A DNA stretch of 64,000 nt from Anaeromyxobacteraceae bacterium (lineage in GTDB: Bacteria; Myxococcota; Myxococcia; Myxococcales; Anaeromyxobacteraceae), in NCBI GenBank assembly GCA_047602405.1, contig JASGHJ010000002.1:1824001-1888000 (forward strand). Direction: 5' to 3'. Below, one piece after another: positions 54,065 through 64,000 of the stretch. The notes under the pieces are model-generated. The model was not told the origin of the DNA. It made no database searches and was given only the letters and a program-made list of their open reading frames with translations. The translations under genes and the position numbers were made by a program. The stretch's first letter is position 1. The number at the start of each line of letters is the position of its first letter.

Positions 54065-54805
54065 GTCGGCTTCTCCAGGACGGCGACGAGGTCCGGCGCG
54101 CCTGCGCCGGTGCTTCCGGCCGTGCTCGTGAGCTCCACCACGCGGAGGCCGCACGCGACGGCGAGGGCGCTCCACTCGGCCGGTCTGTAGTACCGCAACT
54201 CGGCGGTCCCTTCCACAACCGTTCCATCGGAGCGGATCATCCGGCGAGCACACCGATCGACCCCGCGTGCTGCGTCGAACGCGCTCTCCTCCTCCACCCG
54301 CCCGCCGCCCGGCAGATCGCGCGCCGCCGACTCCCGCGGGTGCGCGGCGAGGCGCAGCGGGTTCCCGTGCTGGACGACGATCCGCCCACCCCGCCGCACC
54401 GCGCGTGCGAGCCCCGCGAGCGCCGCCGCGTTCGCCGCGTCGTCGAACATGAAGAAGCGAGGCGTACCAGGAATAGGCGCCGGCGAAGACCTCCGCACGC
54501 ACCGGGAGCGCGCGCACGTCCGCGCGCACGACCGCCGTGCCGCCCGGCAGGCCCAGCGCGCGGGCGCGGGCGAGGTACGGGCCGGAGGCGTCGACGCCCA
54601 GGGCCCGGAGGCCGCGGCCCGCGAGGCCCCGCAGGTGCCGCCCGTGCCCGCACCCGGCGTCGAGCACGCGGTCGCCCGGCCTCACCCCGAGCAGCCGCGC
54701 GACGAGGCCCGCCTCGAGCGCCGACAGCGCCGGCGTGAGGAGATCCTCGACCGAGGCGAGGTAGAGGTCGCCGTAGTAGCCGGCGCTCCAGTGCGGCGCG
54801 GTCAC
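54061..54805 (-). CDS. Class I SAM-dependent methyltransferase; probable frameshift at 54451-54458
   Basis: [11 protein letters not shown] motif I; restored WYASLFMFDD continues to stop overlapping the small-subunit start. Confidence 0.8.
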
Positions 54806-56572
<1,767 letters not shown>

Positions 56573-56793
56573 CGGCAGTGCCTCCGGGTGAAAGCTTCGG
56601 GGTGTTCGAGCCGGAGGCATCCTAGCCGCGCGCGGGCCCGAAAGCAGGTTCGCCTGCGGCCCGAGGCGGGGCCTCGAACCCCGGCAGGGGGCCCCACCTG
56701 CCGGGGCTCGGAAAGGCCCTCACCTCACGGGAGGTTGCGAGCGGAGCCTCCCCCTCCTACTCGCTGACTTCCCCGTCGATCCAGGAGCCCTCC

Positions 56794-58078
56794 ATGGCCT
56801 TCCCCCGTGGCGCACCCCGCTTCGCCTCCTCGCTCCTCCTCGCCGCCGCCCTCGCGGGCTGCGGGAGCTCGAACGACAACAAGGGCAGCTCCGGACCCGA
56901 TCTCTGCGCGGGCGTCTCCGGCGCTTGCCTCGGGTTCGCCGCCGGCACGAGCGCCGCGTCGATCCGCGACAGGATGGCGACCGCCTCGGCGGGCACGACC
57001 TTCGTGTTCGACACCGGCACCTTCAAGTTCGACCTGCCGCTCGAGGTCACCGTCGCGAACGCGACGATCCGCGGCGCCGGCCGCGACGCGACGCTCCTCG
57101 ACTTCAAGGGCGCCTCCGGCTCCGAGGGCGTGTTCGCCACCGGCGACGGCTTCACCCTGAAGGACCTCGCGATCCGGGACACCGCGGGGAACGGCGTGAA
57201 GATCGTCGGCGCCGACAAGGTGACCCTCCGGAACGTGAAGGTGACCTGGACCGACCCGGACGGCACGAAGCACGGCGGCTACGGCATCTACCCCGTGCAG
57301 TCGTCGCACGTCCTCGTGGAGAACTGCTTCACCTCGGGCGCCACCGACACCGGCATCTACGTCGGCCAGTCGCAGGACATCATCGTCCGAAACAACGAGA
57401 CCACCGGCAACGTCGCCGGCATCGAGATCGAGAACAGCTACCGCGCCGACGTGCACGGCAACGACTCGCACGGCAACACCGGCGGGATCCTGGTGTTCGA
57501 CCTGCCCGGGCTCCAGCAGCAGGGCGGCAACCACGTGCGCGTGTACGAGAACACCGTCTCGTCGAACAACACCGGCAACTTCGGGCCCGCGGGGAGCACC
57601 GTCGCCCTCGTGCCGGCCGGCGCCGGCATCGTCGTGATGGCGAACCACGACGTCGAGATCTTCTCGAACACCGTGAGCGGCAACCAGACCGCGGCCATCT
57701 CGGTCATCAGCTACGCCATCACCGGGCTCACCATCCCCGACGGCTACGACCCGTTCCCGAAGAACGTGTACATCCACGACAACACGCTCTCGAACAACGG
57801 GACCAGCCCCGACTCGAGCGTCGATCCTCGGCGGGCTGCTCGCCCTCCTCCAGGCGACCGCGCTCGATCACAACCCCATCCCCGACGTCGTGTGGGACGG
57901 CATCCTGAGCCCCGCCGACACCGGCACGAACCCGCGCGGCCTCTGCGTGAAGGCCCCGGCGACCTTCTTCTCGCTCGGCGCCACCTTCACCGCGGGCGGC
58001 CCCGAGTTCCACCCGTCGGTCGACGCCACCGACCACCGCTGCACCCAGACGGCCCTGCCGGCCGTCACGGCGTGGTGA
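56794..58078 (+). CDS. Parallel beta-helix lipoprotein; probable frameshift near 57823-57827
   Basis: Lipobox LAGC; YGIYPVQS, GIYVGQS, NVAGIEIENS, NTGGILVFDLP; restored PDVVWDG C-terminus. Confidence 0.82.
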
Positions 58079-59184
58079 CCCGCGCCCTCACGGCGGCGAC
58101 GCTCCTCTCGCTCCTCTCGCTCCTCGCGGCCTGCGGCGGCGGCAAGTCCGGCGCCGCCTGCACGCCGCCCGGGGCCGGGTTCGATCCGGAGCACCCGCCG
58201 GAGCTGCTCTCGTCGCTGTGCCTGCTCGAGCCCTCGCCCGGCGCGGTGAGGCCGCGCCCGGGGGTCGTGCCCTACGATCTCAACACGCCGCTCTTCTCGG
58301 ACTACGCCCAGAAGACGCGGGCGATTCGGTTCCCTCCCGGCGCCGGCGCGGCCTACACGGCGTCGGGGCCGCTCGACCTGCCGGTGGGCACCATCGTCGC
58401 GAAGACCTTCGCGCTCGCGCCGGACCAGCGGACGCCCGCCGCGGGCCGCAGGCTCGTCGAGACCCGGCTCCTCGTGCGCACCGCGACCGGCTGGCGCGGC
58501 TACCCGTACGTCTGGAACGACGCCGGCGACGACGCCGTCTTCACGCCCGGGGGGCGCGTCCTGACGTACCCGATGACGACGCCGTCGGGCGCGAAGGTGA
58601 CCTCGAGCTACCTCATCCCGAGCCTCACCCAGTGCGCGCGGTGCCACGCCGACGACACGAGCGGGCCGCTGCACCTCATCGGCCCCACCGCGGCCAACCT
58701 GAACCGGGACCTCACCTACCCCGACGGCACGAGCGCGAACCAGCTCGCGCGCTGGGCCGCGGACGGCCACCTCACCGGCGCCCCGGCGCCGGCCGCCGCC
58801 CCGCGGCTCGCCGCCGCCCACGACCCCGCGAGCGGGACGATCGACGCGCGCGCCCGGGCCTGGCTGCACGTCAACTGCGCCTTCTGCCACAACGACACCG
58901 GCCTCGCGCGCACCTCGGGCCTGCACCTCGGCGTCGACGTGACGGACCCCTACGTCCTCGGGGTGTGCAAGCCTCCCGTGGCCGCCGGCCCCGGCTCCGG
59001 CGGGCGCCACTTCGACCTCGTGCCCGGCCAGCCGGACGCGTCGATCCTGGTGTACCGGCTCGAGGCGACCGACCCCGCCGCGGTGATGCCGCAGGTCGGC
59101 CGGAGCGTCGTGGACGAGGAGGACGTGCAGCTGCTCCGGGACTGGGTCACCGGGCTCGCCGGAGGCCCCTGCCCCTCACCCTGA
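58075..59184 (+). CDS. SO2930-family diheme c-type cytochrome lipoprotein
   Basis: Lipobox LAAC; YDLNTPLFSDYAQK, ETRLL, CARCH and CAFCH, MPQVGR. Confidence 0.82.
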   Translation: MTRALTAATLLSLLSLLAACGGGKSGAACTPPGAGFDPEHPPELLSSLCLLEPSPGAVRPRPGVVPYDLNTPLFSDYAQKTRAIRFPPGAGAAYTASGPLDLPVGTIVAKTFALAPDQRTPAAGRRLVETRLLVRTATGWRGYPYVWNDAGDDAVFTPGGRVLTYPMTTPSGAKVTSSYLIPSLTQCARCHADDTSGPLHLIGPTAANLNRDLTYPDGTSANQLARWAADGHLTGAPAPAAAPRLAAAHDPASGTIDARARAWLHVNCAFCHNDTGLARTSGLHLGVDVTDPYVLGVCKPPVAAGPGSGGRHFDLVPGQPDASILVYRLEATDPAAVMPQVGRSVVDEEDVQLLRDWVTGLAGGPCPSP

Positions 59185-59192
59185 GCCCGTCC

Positions 59193-59222
59193 TTGACGAC
59201 CCTCGCCCCGAGGCCCTATAAA
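59193..59222 (+). promoter_or_regulatory. Sigma70-type promoter of tRNA-Met
   Basis: TTGACG-N18-TATAAA ~20 bp upstream of tRNA. Confidence 0.55.
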
Positions 59223-59241
59223 CCCGCGTTCTTCGGGTCTC

Positions 59242-59318
59242 GGTGAGGTAGCTCAGTCGGCTAGAGCGGGGGTCTCATAATCCCCAGGTCGAGAGTTCGA
59301 TTCTCTCCCTCACCACCA
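59242..59318 (+). tRNA. tRNA-Met (CAT), elongator type (Ile2 not fully excluded)
   Basis: GGTGAGG/CCTCACC acceptor with paired 1-72, CTCATAA anticodon loop, GTTCGATTC T-loop, encoded CCA. Confidence 0.92.
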
Positions 59319-59325
59319 TCTGCAC

Positions 59326-59357
59326 CGACGGCCGCCGCGAGGCGGCCGTCGTGTTTT
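59326..59357 (+). terminator. Intrinsic terminator after tRNA-Met
   Basis: CGACGGCCGCC-GCGA-GGCGGCCGTCG stem-loop followed by TGTTTT. Confidence 0.85.
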
Positions 59358-59390
59358 CGGACCCGGCGGCGCGATAGACTCTCCGTCACG

Positions 59391-59921
59391 GTGGCGAGGA
59401 CGTACGCGAAGGCCTGGAGTGACCTGCTCCGGCGGCGAGTGATCACAACCGTCGCCCCGTTCGCTGGGTTCATCGCCGTGGCCTCCCTCTTCGGACCCGG
59501 CGCGGGGTTCGTGGCGTTCGTGGTGGCCATGCTCCTCGGCAACGCCTGGGCGAGCCGGTTCCGCTGCCCGCGCTGCGAGGGTGAGCCCTGGTGGATGAGG
59601 GACGGCTTCGGCTCGCGCTGCAAGGCCTGCGGGCTCGAGGACGATGAGGTCCCCGACCCCTGCGCCATCTGCGACGGCCTCCTCGAGGCCTTCGCGCTCG
59701 ACTCCCCGGAGCGCGTCGCGGAGATCGCGGCGAGCGTCCTCCCGCTCGTGGAGCGCGGCAGGCTCGAGCAGGTCAACGGGGCGCCGGCCCTGAGCGAGGT
59801 CGCGCGTGGCGGTCACCACGGGCCGGTCGACCTCCGGCTCCGATGCGCGGGGTGCCACTTCGAGTACCGGCTCCAGGCGGACGAGGCCGGGCGGGGCCGG
59901 TGGCGCTTGCAGGGGCGCTGA
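59391..59921 (+). CDS. Hypothetical membrane protein with four CxxC motifs
   Basis: Two TM segments then CPRC, CKAC, CAIC, CAGC. Confidence 0.6.
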   Translation: MARTYAKAWSDLLRRRVITTVAPFAGFIAVASLFGPGAGFVAFVVAMLLGNAWASRFRCPRCEGEPWWMRDGFGSRCKACGLEDDEVPDPCAICDGLLEAFALDSPERVAEIAASVLPLVERGRLEQVNGAPALSEVARGGHHGPVDLRLRCAGCHFEYRLQADEAGRGRWRLQGR

Positions 59922-59929
59922 CCCAGCGC

Positions 59930-59963
59930 GCCGCCTCGCGGCGGCTACGCTCGGGACGAACGG
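59930..59963 (-). repeat. REP-like palindromic element, copy 3
   Basis: Minus strand CCGTTCGTCCCGAGCGTAG plus GCCGCC-GCGA-GGCGGC hairpin. Confidence 0.6.
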
Positions 59964-60003
59964 ATTGCAGGTCAGGCGATTGTGCCGCTGCTAGAGTTCC
60001 CGG

Positions 60004-61107
60004 GTGCCCCGCCCCTCTCCCGACGTCGTCCGCCTCTTCGCCGCGCGGGCGCTCCGGATGTTCGCGTACGGGCTCTTCTCCATCGTGCTCGTGCTGCACC
60101 TCTCGGCGGCCGGGCTCGACGGGCCGGCGGTCGGGCTCCTCCTCACGCTCACGCTCCTCGGCGACACGGCGGTCTCCTTCGTGCTCACGACCCGCGCCGA
60201 CCGGTGGGGGCGCCGGCGCACGCTGCTCCTCGGCGCGGCGCTCTCGCAGGAGCTGCCCGCCGGGGCGCGCACCGGCGTGTTCGCCTGGTACCAGCTCGCG
60301 GGGTCGCTCGCGACCGCCGCGGGGGCGCTCGCGGGGGGCGCGCTCGCCGAGGGGCTGCAGCGGCGCGGCCTCGCCCCGCTCACGAGCTACCAGGCCGTCA
60401 TGGCGGCGTACGGCCTGGCGGGGCTCCTCCTCGCGGCGATCTTCGCGGGGCTCTCCGCGCGCGTCGAGGCCCCGGGCCGCGCGGCGCCGGCCGGCGCCCG
60501 GGCCCCGTGGCTCGGGCTCCACCGCTCGCGCGGCGTGGTGGCGCGGCTCTCCGGCCTGTTCGCGGTCGACGCGTTCGCGGGCGGCTTCGTCGTCCAGAGC
60601 TTCGTCGCGTGGTGGTTCCACGTCCGCTTCGGCCTCGGGCCCGCGGCCCTGGGCGGGATCTTCCTCGGCGCGAACGTGCTCGCCGGGCTCTCGGCGCTCT
60701 CCGCGGCCTGGCTCGCGCGCCGCTTCGGCCTCGTGAACACGATGGTCTTCACGCACCTGCCGTCGAACGTGCTGCTCGCCGCCGTGCCGTTCATGCCGAC
60801 GCTGCCCCTCGCGATCGGCGTCCTCCTCGTGCGGTTCTCCATCTCCCAGATGGACGTCCCCACGCGGCAGGCGTTCACGATGGCGGTGGTCGCGCCGGAC
60901 GAGCGGTCCTCGGCCGCGGGCGTCACCGGGATCGCGCGCACCGTCGGCGCGGCCCTCTCTCCCCTCGCGGCCGGACCGCTGTACGCGGTGCCCGCCCTCG
61001 CGTTCCTCCCCTTCGTCCTCTCTGGCGCGCTGAAGGTCGGGTACGACGTCGCGCTGTGGCGGAGCTTCCGCGCGCACGGGGCGGAGGAAGACGCGGAAGC
61101 GCCCTGA
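60004..61107 (+). CDS. MFS transporter (possibly with internal in-frame deletion)
   Basis: ADRWGRRR motif A, NTMVFTHLPSN, SQMDVPTRQ; only 367 aa. Confidence 0.85.
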   Translation: MPRPSPDVVRLFAARALRMFAYGLFSIVLVLHLSAAGLDGPAVGLLLTLTLLGDTAVSFVLTTRADRWGRRRTLLLGAALSQELPAGARTGVFAWYQLAGSLATAAGALAGGALAEGLQRRGLAPLTSYQAVMAAYGLAGLLLAAIFAGLSARVEAPGRAAPAGARAPWLGLHRSRGVVARLSGLFAVDAFAGGFVVQSFVAWWFHVRFGLGPAALGGIFLGANVLAGLSALSAAWLARRFGLVNTMVFTHLPSNVLLAAVPFMPTLPLAIGVLLVRFSISQMDVPTRQAFTMAVVAPDERSSAAGVTGIARTVGAALSPLAAGPLYAVPALAFLPFVLSGALKVGYDVALWRSFRAHGAEEDAEAP

Positions 61108-61422
61108 ATCAGGGCCCCTCGCCCCCTCGGGCGACGCCCGGGGTCGCCCGGGGTCCGCACGCAGGGTTTGCGGCGTGTCGCCACGGATGACCCAGGGTGA
61201 GTCACCGCCCATGGCACCCGGTTCTGGCAGGCCGCCCGCGGGCCGGGTGGGTGATCGCCGCACACGCACGGAGGCCCCCGGACTCACGGGGTTTCACGGA
61301 ATGTGGCGATCCGCCTCTGGTCGTCGACTGGACTGATGGTCATACGGCACGCATCGTGGAAAGACCCGCGACGGGTGCCGGAGGTCGTCGACCGCTCCGA
61401 GCCACCGCCGAGGGACTCGCCG

Positions 61423-63987
61423 ATGACGCTCAAGGTCCGACTGCTCCTCCTCTGCGCCATCTTCGCCGCTGGCCTCGCCATCGTCTCCGCGATCGCGCTC
61501 CGCACGGTCGCGGTCGTGCGGGTGAACGGCCCCTTCTACGAGCGGATCGTCACCGGGAAGGCGCTGCTCTCCGACGTCCGGGTCCCGGCGCTCACCGGCG
61601 CCGAGGCGCTGCTCGTCGCGCAGCAGCTCGCCGACGAGACCGACGAGGACGCGATCGAGAAGCTCGCGGCCCGCGCGACCGAGGCGCACAAGCGTTTCGA
61701 CGAGACCGCGGCGAGCTGGGCGAACCGGCTCGACGCCGACGAGAAGGCCAGGGTCGAGGAGCTCGAGAAGAAGGCCATGCCCTTCTTCCACACCCTCCAG
61801 AACGAGCTCCTCCCCGCCACCCGCAGCGGCAAGATCCAGGCGACGCAGGCGGCGCTCGACCGGACCCGCAAGGCCTACGCCGACTTCTCGGCGTACGGCG
61901 CCGAGGTCGTCCAGTTCCTCGATCAGCGGCAGCGCGAGCACGAGGCGGCCGCAGCCGCGGCCGTGGTGCAGGGCAACTGGGTGCTCGGCCTCGCGATCCT
62001 CGCCGTCCTGCTGTCGGGTAGCGCCTTCGCCTACGGCGTCATCCAGCGCATCGGGCGGTCGGTGGGCGGGCTCGTCGACCAGACGCACCGGCTCACCGAG
62101 GCGGTGGCCGAGGGCGATCTCACGCTGCGCGCGGACCCCGCCGCGGTCGATCCCGAGTTCCGGCCCATGGTCGCCGGCGTCAACGAGACCGTGGACGCGC
62201 TCGTCCGCCCCCTCGAGGTGACCGCCGGGTACGTCGAGCGCATCAGCCAGGGCGACGTGCCGCCCCCGGTGACGGAGGACTGGCACGGCGACTTCGACCA
62301 GGTGAAGCAGAACCTCAACCGCTGCATCGCCGCGGTGAACGCCCTCGTCGACGACGCGGGCCACCTCGCCGAGGCCGGGGCGGCCGGACAGCTCCAGGCA
62401 CGCGCCGACGCCTCGCGGCACCAGGGCTCGTTCCGCCGCGTGGTCGAGGGCGTGAACGCCACGCTCGACGCCGTGGTCCGCCCGGTGCGCGACGCCGCCG
62501 AGCGGGTCGAGCGCCTCTCCCGCGGCGAGATCCCCGAGGACATCCGCGATGCGTGGGCCGGCGACCTCTCCCGGCTCAAGGACGCCCTCAACCGCTGCTT
62601 CGCGTCGGTCCGCGCCCTCTCCGAGGACGCCCGCCGGCTCGCGACCGCCGGCGCCGAGGGCCGGCTCGACGTCCGCGCCGACGGCACCCGCCACGCGGGC
62701 GACTTCCGGGCCATCGTCGAGGGCGTCAACGCCACGCTCGACGCCGTCGTCGGCCCGCTCCGCGAGGCCGCCGCCGCCATCGAGGCGCTCTCGAAGGGCG
62801 AGGCGAGGAAGGGCGTCGGCGTCGCCTGGAAGGGCGAGTTCGTCACGCTGCGCGCGGCGCTCGAGCGCTCGACGGCGGCGGTGGGCGGCCTCGTGCAGGA
62901 CGCCTCCGCGGTCGCCCGCGGCGCCGCGGCCGGCCAGCTCTCCCTGCGCGCCGACGCGGCCCGGCACCTGGGCGAGTTCCGCGCCATCGTCGAGCAGCTC
63001 AACAAGACGCTCGACGCCGTGGGGGCCCCCGCCGCCGCCACCGCGCACGCGCTCGAGCGGCTCGCCCGCCGCGACATGACCGCGCGGGTGGACGGCGCCT
63101 ACGAGGGCGATCACGCCCGCACGCAGGTCGCGCTGGACGAGGCGGCGAGCGCGCTGCAGGAGGCCCTCCTGCAGGTGCGGACCGCGGTGAGCCAGGTCGC
63201 GAACGCGGCCGTCCAGATCGCCTCGACGGCCCAGTCCGTCTCGCAGGGCGCGACCACCCAGGCGGCCTCGCTCGAGCGGACCACCTCCGACCTCGGGGCG
63301 CTCGCCGGCGGCACGCGCGAGGCGGCCGACCAGGCGAAGGCGGCGGACGGGCTCGTGCGCGAGGCGGCCGGCGCCGCCCGCACCGGCGCGGTCGCGGTGG
63401 AGCGCATGGGCGAGTCGATGCAGCGGATCCGCCAGAGCGCCGAGAGCACCTCGGCGATCATCAAGGACATCAACGAGATCGCCTTCCAGACGAACCTGCT
63501 CGCCCTCAACGCCGCGGTCGAGGCCGCGCGCGCGGGCGACGCGGGCCGCGGCTTCGCGGTGGTCGCCGAGGAGGTCCGGGCGCTCGCGATGCGGTCGAAG
63601 GAGGCCGCGCAGAAGACCGAGGCGCTCATCCACCAGTCGGTCGAGCAGTCGATGAAGGGCGAGCAGGCCGCGAAGGACGTCTCCGCGCGGCTCGCCGACA
63701 TCGTCCGCGCGGTCGACGGCTCCACCGAGCGCGTCGGGCGCATCACGACCCTCATGGGCGACCAGGTCCGGCGCGCCGACGGCCTCTCCGCCACCATGGG
63801 CGAGGTCGACAAGGTCACGCAGCAGAACGCCGCGAGCGCCGAGGAGGCGTCCGCCGCGGCCGAGGAGCTCTCCGCCCAGGCCCAGGAGCTCGAGGGGCTG
63901 GTCGGGAGGTTCGAGCTCGGCGACGGGGCCGCCCCCGCGGGCGCCGCGCCGCGGCGTCGCCTCGCCTCACGCCGGGAGCTCTCATGA
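61423..63987 (+). CDS. Methyl-accepting chemotaxis protein with poly-HAMP array
   Basis: Two TMs, tandem HAMP repeats, [20 protein letters not shown]...[10 protein letters not shown] signalling hairpin. Confidence 0.94.
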   Translation: MTLKVRLLLLCAIFAAGLAIVSAIALRTVAVVRVNGPFYERIVTGKALLSDVRVPALTGAEALLVAQQLADETDEDAIEKLAARATEAHKRFDETAASWANRLDADEKARVEELEKKAMPFFHTLQNELLPATRSGKIQATQAALDRTRKAYADFSAYGAEVVQFLDQRQREHEAAAAAAVVQGNWVLGLAILAVLLSGSAFAYGVIQRIGRSVGGLVDQTHRLTEAVAEGDLTLRADPAAVDPEFRPMVAGVNETVDALVRPLEVTAGYVERISQGDVPPPVTEDWHGDFDQVKQNLNRCIAAVNALVDDAGHLAEAGAAGQLQARADASRHQGSFRRVVEGVNATLDAVVRPVRDAAERVERLSRGEIPEDIRDAWAGDLSRLKDALNRCFASVRALSEDARRLATAGAEGRLDVRADGTRHAGDFRAIVEGVNATLDAVVGPLREAAAAIEALSKGEARKGVGVAWKGEFVTLRAALERSTAAVGGLVQDASAVARGAAAGQLSLRADAARHLGEFRAIVEQLNKTLDAVGAPAAATAHALERLARRDMTARVDGAYEGDHARTQVALDEAASALQEALLQVRTAVSQVANAAVQIASTAQSVSQGATTQAASLERTTSDLGALAGGTREAADQAKAADGLVREAAGAARTGAVAVERMGESMQRIRQSAESTSAIIKDINEIAFQTNLLALNAAVEAARAGDAGRGFAVVAEEVRALAMRSKEAAQKTEALIHQSVEQSMKGEQAAKDVSARLADIVRAVDGSTERVGRITTLMGDQVRRADGLSATMGEVDKVTQQNAASAEEASAAAEELSAQAQELEGLVGRFELGDGAAPAGAAPRRRLASRRELS

Positions 63988-64000
63988 GCCGCCTCGCCTT

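Noticed and set aside
53648..54805. Apparent methyltransferase-B12-binding domain fusion
   Set aside because: Created by the extra base at 54451-54458; correction gives two overlapping genes
56794..59184. Apparent 796-aa beta-helix-cytochrome fusion
   Set aside because: Frameshift near 57825 bridges two genes; the second has its own GTG start and lipobox
61110..61420. Cyclic-dinucleotide riboswitch or sigma54 promoter upstream of the MCP
   Set aside because: No GEMM consensus; TGGCAC/CGGCACG candidates lack a correctly spaced GC at -12
63984..64000. ATG overlapping the MCP stop codon
   Set aside because: Probably the start of the next gene, but only 17 bases are visible, too few to call

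Overview
Very GC-rich chromosomal segment, most likely from an Anaeromyxobacter-like myxobacterium (inferred from gene content and GC, not from a search). It holds about 50 protein-coding genes and two tRNAs (Val-CAC, Met-CAT). Housekeeping content: pheA, tryptophanase, AlkA-like glycosylase, Hsp70 paralogue, UvrD/PcrA helicase, lysC, hutH, a lipA-E1a-E1b-E2...lpdA-lipB 2-oxoacid dehydrogenase cluster, moaA, a two-subunit B12 acyl-CoA mutase with isobutyryl-CoA mutase signature residues, and signalling genes. The most striking element is a tightly coupled four-gene minus-strand operon (19358-26910). It encodes (i) a fused membrane-anchored ferredoxin / FAD-NAD(P)H / putative di-heme-b oxidoreductase, (ii) a ~945-aa cytochrome with 30 CxxCH motifs, (iii) a nine-heme lipoprotein and (iv) a probable outer-membrane beta-barrel. 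Together these could form a single-operon electron conduit from cytoplasmic NAD(P)H to the cell surface. Other observations: a ~1 kb integrase-less islet bounded by a duplicated tRNA-Val 3' end, a LipB-Nudix fusion, a dispersed REP-like palindrome family, and 11 single-base frameshifts, 10 of them at GATC or GAAGAGC motifs. Those frameshifts are probably long-read errors at methylated bases rather than true pseudogenes. All calls come from reading motifs by eye; no database searches were run.
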